Origin: Mobula hypostoma
Taxonomy: Eukaryota
Reading direction: 5' to 3'
NCBI RefSeq assembly: GCF_963921235.1
Contig: NC_086097.1
Coordinates: 221,528,001 to 221,592,000 of the forward strand
DNA length: 64,000 nucleotides
In this document: one piece after another, positions 37,531 through 48,494 of the stretch
Position numbering within the stretch: position 1 is the first letter of the stretch
Layout of the letters: every line of letters starts with the position of its first letter
Made by a program: the position numbers and the translations under genes
The notes under the pieces: generated by a model
What the model saw: the letters and a program-made list of their open reading frames with translations, nothing else
Databases searched by the model: none
Told to the model about the DNA's origin: nothing

Positions 37531-38699
37531 GCAACATTCAGAAGATCACTTCTCTTCTTGCGTCCACTCCAGAAGCTGGAGTATGAACATTGAATTGATG
37601 GATTAGTTCACATCTATCACTAAGCCAAGAATTCAAAGCCTATAAATCAAATGTTCATTTACTTTAATTCAAAGATCTTAATAAATAATAACTTAAGAGC
37701 TCTATAGCTCTTTCCCCCAGGAATTATGCTTAAATGCTTGTAAGAGCATCACCCTGTCTTCATTCTGCAGAAGATTATTTTTAAAATGATGGTTTTGTTC
37801 TACTCTTCTGTGCTTACATCAAGTGAAATGAAGTCAAAAATAAAATGAGGTTTTATGGATTTGATTAATAAGGAAATTGATATATTTTGTGCATCAGAAA
37901 ATACTCTAATGTCATTTAATGAACTGAGATGTTATGAGTTTCATCCTTTAACTTGATCAAAAAAACTATGGAGTCATAGAAAAGTACACCACAATAAACA
38001 GGCCCTTCAGCCCATCTAGTCCATGCCAAACCATTTAAACTGCCTACTCACATCAACCTGCACCTGGACCATAGCCCTACTATCCATGTACCTATCCAAA
38101 CTTCTCTTAGACATTTAAATTGAGCTTGCCAGCACTTGTGCTAGGAGCCCGTTCCACACTCCCATGGCCCATTTTTCTTTAAGATAACTTTTAAACATTG
38201 TAAGCTTGTAAGCTTAAACATTACATTTAAATGGCTCCACAGTTCATGCAGAAGAAGAAAAAAAACATTTGTTGTCCTTTGCACATGATGGCTCTAATTC
38301 CAATGTTTCAGATAGCACTGTGAAATACCTACTCCTAACCAAACTTCAGAAAGAGTTTTAATTCAATTGGTGCTCAAAAGAAAAACCTGGACTGCATAAC
38401 TTGTCAAAATTCAAAAGGTTTCTGCTAAAACAAAACACAGCACAGACCACAACATAACTTCGTGCCAAAAATATTAGATTTTTATCCAGTTTTTAATTAA
38501 AGGCCAATATGCCAGCTGAAAACCACACCCAAAGGGCACTTCAGAGAGCACAAAAAATTAACTGGATTTGTGGTTTTGTTCCTGAGCCAGACCAACTACG
38601 CTGAACGTAGTCAAGCTGTCACCTAAAGGGAAACTGTAAATACGAGATTTAAGCAAGCCAGCACTGACGAGTTGAAGTACAGTAAGGAGACAGAGAGCA

Positions 38700-39180
38700 C
38701 AGTGACACAACCACCACCTTTCTCCTCAATGTCAGCAAAACGAAAGAGCTGATCATTGACATCAGGAAGGGCCCAGTGTACATGTTCCTTTTCCTCGAAG
38801 TGAACTTCAACAACAACCTATCTTGGTCCAGCTACACAGCTGTCACAGCCATGGCTCACCAGTACCTCCATGTCCTCAGGAGGCTAAAGAGATATTCTTG
38901 TCCCCTTTCGATCCTCACCAATTTTTACAGATGCACCATAGAAAACATCTTGTCTGATACATCCCCGCTTGCCTCTGCCTCTGACCATAAGAGAATTGTG
39001 GGCACAGCTCAGCACATCAGAAGGAACTAGCCTTCCCATCACGCACTCTGTCTACACTTCTTGCTGCCTCGGTTAAGCAGCCAACACAATCAAAGACCAA
39101 GCTCACCCTGGATTTTCTCTCCTCTTTCCCCACCCCTCAAATCAGGCAATGGATACAAAAGCCTGAAAGCCCACTCTTAA
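38700..39180 (+). mobile_element. Degenerate Rex/Babar-like LINE fragment
   Basis: LRRLKRY...LTNFYRCTIENILS peptide. Confidence 0.75.
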
Positions 39181-39189
39181 GAATAAAAA

Positions 39190-39770
39190 AAACCTCCACC
39201 TTCTCTCTTCTTCTATTCTCCACTCTGGCTTCTACCTCTTCTCCTCACCTGCCTATCAATTCCCTATTCTCCCTCCTCTTTCCCTTTCTCCCATGGTCCA
39301 CCCTCTTTCCTATCAGATTCGTTCCTCTCCAGCTCTTTACCATTCCTACCCACCCGGCTTCATCTATCACCTTTTAGCTATCCTCCTTCCCCTCCCCCCG
39401 ACCCACCTTTTTATTCTGGCATCGTTCCCCCTCCTTTTCAGTCTTGAACACCATAAACTATAAGACCACAAGATGTAGAAGCAGAATTACGCCATTTGGC
39501 CCGTCGAGTCTGCTCGCCTTTTCATCATGGCTGATCCAGTTTTCATCTCGGCCCCAATCTCCTGCCTTCTCTCCATATCCGGTCATACCCTGACCAATCA
39601 AGAATCTATCAATCTCTGCCTTAAATAGACATAAAGACTTGGGCTCCACAACTGTCTGTGGCAAAGAAATCCACACATTCACCACTCTCTGGCTAAAGAA
39701 GAAAGGTTTCGAACCAAAATGTTAACAGTTCTATTCATTTCCATAGATGTTGCCTGATCTGTTGAGTTTC
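39190..39770 (+). mobile_element. Penelope 3' region split by a minus-strand CR1 tail (about 39449-39700)
   Basis: Pyrimidine-rich UTR ending cagtcttgaa, resuming gaaaggtttcgaaccaaaatgtt...ccatagatgttgcctga. CR1 peptide in ORF 39458-39685. Confidence 0.78.
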
Positions 39771-40009
39771 TAGTATAATGAGATGGACTTTTGACTTTAC
39801 AATCTACCTTACATGGCCTTGCATCTTATTGTCTGCATGCACGACACTTTCTCTGTAACTGTAACACTTCATCTTGCGTTCTGTTACTGATTTCCTTGTA
39901 CAAGGCAAAACAAAGTTTTACACTGTACTGCTGTAAACTTGACAACAATGAACCAATTTAGCAATTTCATGTAATTTGAACTGAAAGACAGACAGGAGCC
40001 AACCTGTAA

Positions 40010-40630
40010 AAGTCACAGTCATAGTCATACTTTATTGATCCCGAGAGAAATTGGTTTTCATTACAGTTGCACCAACGAAGAATAGAGTATAAATAAAGCA
40101 ATATAAAACCATAAATAATAAAATAATAATATGTAAATTATGCCAGGAAATAAGTCCAGGACCAGCCTATTGGCTTAGGGTGTCTGACCCTCCAAGGGAG
40201 GAGTTGTAAAGTTTGATAGCCACAGGCAGGAATGACTTCCTGTGACGCTCAGTGTTGCATCTCGGTGGAATGAGTCTCTGGCTGAATGTACTCCTGTGCT
40301 CAACCAGTACATTATGTAGTGGATGGGAGATATTGTCCAAGATGGCATGCAACTTGGACAGCATCCTCTTTTCAGACACCACCGCCAGAGAGTCCAGTTC
40401 CATCCCCACAACATCACTGGCCTTACGAATGAGTTTGTTGATTCTGTTGGTGTCTGCTATCCTCAGCCTGCTGCCCCAGCTCACAACAGCAAACATGATA
40501 GCACTGGCCACCACAGACTCGTAGAACATCCTCAGCATCGCCCGGCAGATGTTAAAGGACCTCAGTCTCCTCAGGAAATAGAGATGGCTCAGACCCTTCT
40601 TGTAGACAGCCTCAGTGTTCTTTGACCAGG
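40010..40630 (-). mobile_element. Rex1/Babar-type LINE 3' fragment, well preserved
   Basis: ORF 40167-40640 NTEAVYKKGLSHLYFLRRLRSF...RKSFLPVAIKLYN. AATAAA and (tgacta)n tail. Confidence 0.9.
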
Positions 40631-40984
40631 AATGGAACAAGAGTTAGAAGGGTGAATGATTGACCTAGGCAAAGAGGGATGATGGGCAGATGCTGCAGGG
40701 AAGAGTAGAAATCGTGATAGAGGTTGGGAGGAGATAGGTGAAGGCATCAAAGAACTGCAAATGAGGAAATCTGATAGGAAGGGAAGATGGAGCATGGAAT
40801 CAAGTGAGGGAGGTGGAATGGCAGATGGGAATGGGGGGTGGAGTGGGGAATCAGAGGAGGAGTGTATGTGTGATGAGGAGATAGAATGGATGGTGCATAT
40901 AGCAGGACCACAATCATATGGATAGGATCACTATACTTTTACTTAACGAGTTTTTAAAATTAGAGTGTATTTCAGTTACTTGTG

Positions 40985-41695
40985 TCATCGGTTAATTGGG
41001 GCAGCCATATATTCGGGACAACACTAAAGAACAAAATCTAATTGAGATAATTGCTTATTTGTTTCTTTATTTGGGATGCTGCCACTTAATTGGGGCAGGA
41101 GACTGTTGTCAAACACGTTCTAACTACCATCAGTTTCGAGCACTTGTGTGGCCATTAGACGCTACACCGTGCTTAAATGCGGACAGTTTTTAAATAGTTG
41201 TATGTGTGTGTTCAAAAGGTAGGGATTTTTGTCACTGATAGTTGGTAAGAAATAAGCAGTAGGATAATTCAGAACCATTTTGCTCACTGTGGTTTCAAGC
41301 ATTCAGGCTTGGAGATGTGAGAGTCACCCTGAGTAAAAACGAAATGATTTACTACTTCAACAAGTTAGGAGCTACAAAGAAATTGGAGGATGCAATCATT
41401 AATAGCAGTGTGTGAAGACAGTCCATTATCTGCACTCGGGGTCTGCACTGATTTTGTTCATTGTGTACACTGGATGAATTCCTCCTTTAATAACCATTAG
41501 GAACTAACACAGTTTTATAGTACTGTAACACCATTGGTAGTGCTTTAATTTGTTCTGCATAATATTTAAATACATTACTTTTTACTCTGTTTCGTTTTTT
41601 TCATATCTTTTTAACTATTCCCATGAAACTTCAGCTAATTATGCCAGTCGCTTAATTGGGCCAAAATGTTTTGGTCCGCTGTGCCCCAATTCAGC
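40985..41695. mobile_element. Pogo/Tigger-like non-autonomous DNA transposon
   Basis: Inverted subterminal motifs ggttaattggggca / tgccccaatt with repeated cttaattggg. Termini eroded. Confidence 0.6.
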
Positions 41696-43625
41696 AAATT
41701 TCTAACAATCTCAAAGGTTTCACTATTAACTCATTCAGCACATGATTGGAAGGCATGCTCCTGTGATGCACTATTCTATATATTTTATATTTTTTAATAT
41801 TTAAATACATTTGCCTATTAGTGATATTTACAGTTCATTCGAACGACTTTGACAGAGCCAAAGGATAAAGAGTTCACCACAATCTTCTGGAGGCAAGGAC
41901 TCACAAAATCCCATCAAAGGCAATACCAATAGTTTGTGTACATATGGAAACCAGAATTAAAAGTGTTAGATTCTCACAATTAGACGACATCAAGATGAGC
42001 AATATTTAAAGCATTTAAAACAGAGACATTTAATATTTTAAATTGACAGAAAATGCATTATAAAATTTCAATGGAAATTATTTTAACTTCACATCTGGTC
42101 CCTTGTCTTTACACCAGCCTAACATCTGGAGCAGAAACCCATTCATGTGAAATATGCGTTTTATACTCCCTTTGTAAATAGAGTTGAACTTACCTCAAAG
42201 AATGGTAAGTAATCTCAAGTGTACAAATCAGGACTTGTCAATTTGAGAAGATGAAAACAATTCTTAACTTCCTAGAGCCAAACTAATATTTCCGAGAACC
42301 ACAAGAAACCCTTTTTTCTAGTTGCATAAAAAGGATGATTTCATGCCTGAGCACAATACACAATTATTTATTTAACCTTTGATTAGCTATAATGTACAGA
42401 GGTGCAGTGAGAGTGACATTTCCATTTGAATGTTATCATTTTGTTTCATACTGCACACTAACTTACTGAACTTTGAATTGAAAAATAAACGTACTAGTTA
42501 GCAAATTCATTAATCATTTTATTAGCATCATAGGCATTTTGTACTTATAATTGAGAGAGCAGTTTTATGAACTGTTCCAGATTTCCAACCATACCACTTG
42601 AGCTGGCTTCTGGGATTGGCCAGGGATTACTGTCACAGCTTCTGCTGTGTAACCCTCCACATGGATTTGGAAAATTATTCTGTATTGCTCCCACAACCTA
42701 AATATGCATACAATTCAGATATGGATACCACATAATCCGCTCATGATAGATGACGTCAGTGGAACAAAATAAGCAACATAATAACTGCAAGAAAGGAATA
42801 TTAACAGATGCTGATGATGACGCTAGATCTATTGCAACCATAAGGTTTTTCTCAGAGCTTTCTACAAGGATGGTAGAGAGCAGCAGCAGGTTCTGCAAGC
42901 TGACTGCTTTCCAAAGAATAAAATGGAGGAATGGAACAGGTATAAACACAGAACTTATAGAATATATTATGGTTGCAATTGCATTATTACTCTTCAAATG
43001 AGAATTGAAAACAACAATCTGGGCAATTGGTACGGTTGAATTTTGCTTCACTGAGGTATGACATATTCCATTTTCCCCATTAATTAGACAGTAGATTCTA
43101 CTTGCATTTCCCCTACATTGTTTCTCATATCTCCTGAATTTACTTTAATACCCTTGGGTGATTGTCACAGCACGCATTCATGGTGGTGAGCACTTGGGGT
43201 ACACAACATCTTGTTCTGAAAACATCTCTGCTGTCATGTTGCATATTTTCTGTTATGTTTCAAAATGTCTAAAATGCTATCAGAAAGTGTGCAATTAATA
43301 TGTACAATAAGGTGTGAATGTAAAAGGAATCAATTCTGCTTATTCGGAATGGACTCAATCTACATAGAAGTGCACTGAAGTTCTCATTTCTATCTTCGCT
43401 TTTATCTTCCTGCCAAATGAAGGATCAGGAGATACATTACCTCCATCAGAAAATTTCCCCCCACCTGTTTCTAAGAGTCTGATCAAAGGGCACTTGGATG
43501 AAAGTAAACAAATTTTTCAAAAGTCACTTATAAAATAATTGCACGAGAGTTGAAAGCAACTATCAAATGAATGTCTGATACCCAATTTCATAACAAGTAC
43601 TTCAAACATAATTGAACACACTCAC

Positions 43626-43749
43626 CTTCTGTGCCATTTGGTGTCATAGAATTATTATTAATACAAGAGTTGTCAAGTTTTGGACCATTGGGAGACTCAC
43701 TACTTCCACTTATTCGACCTTGTGGGCTTGCTAGATCCTGCATTTCCAT
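43626..43749 (-). CDS. EYA1: EYA1 start-codon exon (exon spans 43626-43753), [41 protein letters not shown]
   Basis: Manual translation matches the EYA1 N-terminus. Acceptor ttacag|GTCTATG, donor GAAG|gtgag. 124 coding nt, phase 1. Confidence 0.96.
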
Positions 43750-43769
43750 AGACCTGTAAGTAGGAAATA

Positions 43770-44092
43770 CACTTAGTGGCCACGTTATTAGGGATGTTAG
43801 TACACCTACTTGTTAATGCAAATATCTAATCAGCCAACTATGTGGCAGCAACTTAATGCAAAAAAGCACACAGACATGGTCAAGAGGTTCTTTTGTTGTT
43901 CAGACCAAACATCAGAGTGGAGAAGAAATACGATCTAAGTGATTTTGACCGTGGAATGATTGTTGGTGCCAGATAGGGTGATTTCAGTATGTCAGAAACT
44001 GCTTATCTCCTGGGATTTTCACACACAGCAGTTTATTGAGTTTACAGGAAATGGTGTGCCAAACAGCAAATGAGCGACAGTTCTGCGGCGAT
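43770..44092 (+). mobile_element. Tc1-like transposon left end
   Basis: TA plus cacttagtggccacgttattagg TIR. HTH peptide DLSDFDRGMIVGAR...SETAYLLGFSHT. Confidence 0.9.
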
Positions 44093-44094
44093 AC

Positions 44095-45447
44095 ACGACG
44101 ATGTTTTCGGGCTGCACACAAACTTCTAGATATACCGCTTCTGAACTACTGTTGCTGTAATCTGCAGCCTGTAGTTTCCTTTTAGGCAATGTACTTTTAA
44201 ACTGGCTTAACGAACTAGCAATTTTACAATTTTCTGAAGAACTTGCAGATTTAACTCTCAAGAATGTAGGTATAGCACTTTAAGCGGAAGAATGCACTTT
44301 GCCACGATCAAAAGAGGGGAGAAGGGGAGTACTCTAAGCCAGACTGAAACACTGAGGTATGAAACCTCTTCTACCCAATATCTTGATAGCAAATGTACAA
44401 TCTCTGGAGACCAGGAATGAGAACCTAAGGGCAAGATTGGAGGGAAATGAGAGATTGCTGTGTTCTGTGTTTCACAGAGACATGGCTAACAAGCTGGGTT
44501 CAGTGATCGCACCCAAGGGCTTCTTGATACACTGGATGGACAGGACTGCTGATTCAGCGGGGATCTATGTTTCATGATAAACTCTTTGTGATGCTCAGTC
44601 TTGTCGTACTCTTGTTCCCCTGACCTGGAATATCCAATAATTAAGTCCCGACCATTCTACCTACCAAGAGAGTTCTCCTTCATGACCCTGACCGCAGTTT
44701 GTAAACATCCAGATGCTGATATTAAGCTTACTTGTGAGGAACTGAGTGCTGTCATCAGCAAACGAGAAACAGTCTACCCTGATTCCTTTCAAATCAATTT
44801 CCGAGACTTCAATCAGGTTGCTTTGAGGAAATCTTGCCATAACACTCATCTATGTATCACCTGCAGTCCCAACAAGCTCACCCACTAGTATACTACCATA
44901 AGAAATGCCTACTCTTCAATCCTTAGACTGCAGTTTGGGAATCTGATCATTTGGCAGTCCTCCTAACTGCATACAGGCAGAGGCTAAAGACTAAGCCTCC
45001 AAAGATAAGGACAACAAAGATGTGGTTGCAGGAGCAGAGGAGTGGCTACGCAATTGCTTTGAGTTGGAGGTCTAGGCCGTGTTCAAGAACTCCAGAGGAT
45101 CTAAATGAATATGCCACAGACTTTATTAGAAAGTTATGATGAGTGTGTCCCCACAAAATCATTCGGTCTTCCCCAACCAGAAGCCCTTGATTGACCACGA
45201 GATCCCTAATCTGCTGAGAGCTAGATCAGTGGCATTCAGGTCTGGCACCCAAGTAAAACATAACAGGTCCAGGTACAATCTCCGAAAAGTTATTTCACGT
45301 GTGCAGCAGCAATTCTGGGCCAAACTTGAATCACTGAAGAATATTCAACAGCTTTAGCAGGACTTGAATGCCATTACCTCCTACAAAGTGAAACCAAGTG
45401 ACACAGGTGACACAAAGGATTTGCTCCCAAGTGAGCTGAGTGCCTTT
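44095..45447 (+). mobile_element. Rex/Babar-like LINE 5' part (APE endonuclease), degenerate
   Basis: ILIANVQSLE, RPFYLPREF, DFNQ and FPNQKP peptides. Confidence 0.85.
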
Positions 45448-46150
45448 TATGCTGGAGGAACTCAGCAGGCCAGGCAGCATCTAGGAAAAGAGTCCAGTCG
45501 ATATAGGGAAATGGATCGGTGAGAGGTACAGAAGGCCGTGGAAGAAAGGAAAAGCGAGGGGGGGGAAGGGCTACCAGAGGGAGGCGATGAGTGGACAAGA
45601 AGATAAGGTGAGAGATGGAAAAGGGGATGGGAAATGGTAAAGAGGGGGTTGGGAGCATTACTGGAAGTTTGAGCTATCGATGTTCAAGCCATCAGGTTGG
45701 GGGCTACCAAATGGAATGCAGGCGTTGCTCCTCGAACCTAAGTGTGGCCTCATCATGACAATGGAGGCGGCCATGGATGGCCATATTGAAATGGGAATGG
45801 GAAGTGGAATTAAAATGGGTGGCCACTGGGAGATCCCACTTTTTCGGGCAGACGACGCATAGGTGCTCAGCGAAGCAGTCTCCCAATCTACAGCGGGTCT
45901 CACTGATAAGCAGGAGGCCACACTGGCAGCACTGAACACAGTACATGACCCCAACAGACTGGCAGCCAAAGTGACGCCTCACCTGGAAGGACTGTTTAGG
46001 GCTCTGAACGGTATTGAGGGAGGAGGTGTAGGGGCAGATTTTCTCTTGTCTCCAAAACATCAACTATTTATTCCCCTTCATAAGATGCTCACTGACTTGT
46101 TGAGTTCCCCCAGCATTTTGTATCAGCTGCTCAAGGTTTTCAGCATCTAC
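45448..46150 (-). mobile_element. Penelope-like element 3' fragment with GIY-YIG endonuclease C-terminus and inverted terminal units
   Basis: ORF 45704-46063 HFGCQSVGVMYCVQCCQCGLLLISETRCRLGDCFAEHL...PVATHFN, then QPDGLNI. Terminal unit present in opposite orientations at both ends. Confidence 0.9.
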
Positions 46151-46682
46151 ATCGCAACTGCAATATCTTCTTTCTTCTCCCTTGGTTCACCTTGATATCC
46201 CCAACATGTTCCATGTGCCCATTATCCCTCCTTACTTGGCTCCACATATTACCCATCAGTCTCTGTCTCATCCTCTCCCACCAATTCCATCTGCCTATTT
46301 TTCCTCTTTATGTTTAAATTTTCCCACCCATTACCATCCAGCCTCTTTGTCGCACCATTCCCCTCCCCCACCTGGCTCCATCTGCCTTTCATCTGTATTC
46401 TTTCCCCCTGCCCCACCTAATCTGCCTCTATTCTATCACTGACCAGCCTCTGTTTCAGCCCTCTCTCTCAGTCCTACGTTTTAAACAGCAAGGAAGTGAC
46501 AGAGCACAATTTCTAGACAGACTATGAATCTGAAACTGCATTCAAATGCTACACAGCTAACATGCTTTAAAATTATTGTTGTGCTTATCATCCATGTCAG
46601 GTTTTATATTCATTCGAAAATAATTTTAGCAAATAGTAGAGAGGCAGTAAGCTTTCATCAAAATTTGAATATAAATACCCAA

Positions 46683-46847
46683 CACACACAATGTGCTGGA
46701 GGAGCTCAGTCCTGACAAAGGCTCTTGGCCCAAAACATCGACTATTTATTCCCATCCGTAGAGGTGCTGCCTGACCTGCTGAGCTCTTTCAGCACATTGT
46801 GCGTGTTGCCCTAGACGTCCAGCATCTGCAGTACCTCTTGTGTCTAC
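46683..46847 (+). mobile_element. Penelope-derived fold-back element, CpG-decayed hammerhead
   Basis: agtc-ctgacaa-aggctcttggccc-aaaacatc-gact. Short inverted 5' arm. 10-bp TSD aaatacccaa (46673-46682, 46848-46857). Confidence 0.82.
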
Positions 46848-47574
46848 AAATACCCAATCCATGAATCAGGATTTCAGGACATTACCCAGAACAGAAAAAA
46901 TTCAAAACTTAATATAATTGTGATGTGTCACAAACTGACAATATTTCATCACCTTTTGTTTGAGATTTCTTTTCCAATATTTCTATTTTATGCTTCGCTT
47001 AAAATACTATTTCTGGAAATGTCACGATTTTGCAATACTCTTATGAATAATTTCAGGTTAAATTTCATTTTAACTTCAAAATGAATTTATTTTGTTTAAG
47101 ATCAATAGTATACCAGTAATTAAACATTCTATGAAGTGTAAACTTTCTATAATTACTTTTAATTGAATGAATCATACATATTAATATAGTACAACAAATA
47201 ACTAGAGAAATACATAATAAGCGTACACGCAATGAAGCACTCGTGTATGTTTACACTGGCAAACTAATTGCTTCTCTGTTTTTATTAATGCACGGCACAT
47301 TAAAGCTCATTGTGCTTTTCATTTGTTTGTTGTTTGGATTGTATAAAGCCCATCCAATTGAAAGGGGATAAGATTTGTACTTGTTCAGTTTACAAATGAA
47401 TTAGACTAGTAAGTAGGAATATTAAGCTTCTCATTTGATTTCAGAAATCATACCATACTGAACAACATTTCATCTGAATATTTTATTTATGATTGGACCA
47501 CAAAATGCTGAAGGAATGGAGTAGTTTAGTCTGTGGAGTAAACACTTTACATGATTTTAATTCTGTTTTTCAAA

Positions 47575-47975
47575 AAAGTGGTGGCATTCTCAGCTCTGAG
47601 TCAGAGTTCCACTCTCGAACTTGGTATATGAAAATCTAAGTTTAACTTTTTAACTTTTGCACTTAAAGGGGAGTGCTATATTATCAGAACTGTTACATTT
47701 TGAATGCAAAATTAAACCAACACCAATCCTGTGTTTTGGATGGGTCTGCAAAATTCAATGGACTTTTTGGAAAAGGAGTAGTGAGGATGGGGGTGGGGGG
47801 GGAGATAGTGGTCTACCAAATGTTTAACCCCTCTATCAAAATCATGAAAAATGCAAATTTATTTTTTGTTGAGATTTGCTGCATTTCTGTCATTAACAAT
47901 GCTACATTTCAGAGTACTTCGTTAGGTTCAAAGTGTTTTGGAATGCTTTGAGATCATGAAGGTTGCTGTTTTTTA
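47575..47975 (+). mobile_element. Ancient DeuSINE (SacSINE1/AmnSINE1-like)
   Basis: Colinear degenerate motifs ggggagtgct...ttaaacc...agtacttc...aaagtgttttggaatg...catgaagg as in the Deu-domain SINE consensus, from memory. Confidence 0.65.
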
Positions 47976-48443
47976 AAAAAATAATCCTTTACAGAAGCTA
48001 GCTGCATTAATACTGAGACAGCAGTGCTGACAAATTAAAATAATATTTTTCATCTTCAACCACTATTTGCACAAGCTAAAATCCATAATCACATCGAAAA
48101 TTCATGGACTGCTTCTCATACCAGTTTATGAATCCATATTGCAGAGAATAACATTATTCAGTAGGCTTATTACTGCTATTCTGAGCCTTTACCAATGAAT
48201 ATTCAGATAAACAACGTAACTGTTAATAGGAAATGATTGTCAACTGTTTGCAAGTGAAAATATTTTACCATTGTACAAAATTCTGACTAATAATATGAAA
48301 CAGAACTTTTATAGTTGAATAATTGACAGAATATGTACTTGAAATCTCAATTTATCATTACATATTTTGACAAATAAAGATTAGAACAAGCAGAAACAAT
48401 GCCTAAGCATACTGTACTTGTGAACTTTCAACACAGCCCTTAC

Positions 48444-48494
48444 CTGGAACCTGGAGGATCTGAAACATCAGAATCGGATCGAGCTTTTTTTCAC
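48444..48494 (-). other. EYA1: EYA1 exon 2 (5' UTR or alternatively coding), 51 nt
   Basis: Acceptor ttcttgactgacag, donor CCAG|gtaagg. Reads KKARSDSDVSDPPGSR in frame with the next exon, resembling the EYA4 VKK..SDVS..SRS segment. Internal ATG at 48468. Confidence 0.85.

Noticed and set aside
23408..43749. Assignment to EYA4, EYA2 or EYA3
   Set aside because: [19 protein letters not shown] and YATYPQPGQ match EYA1.
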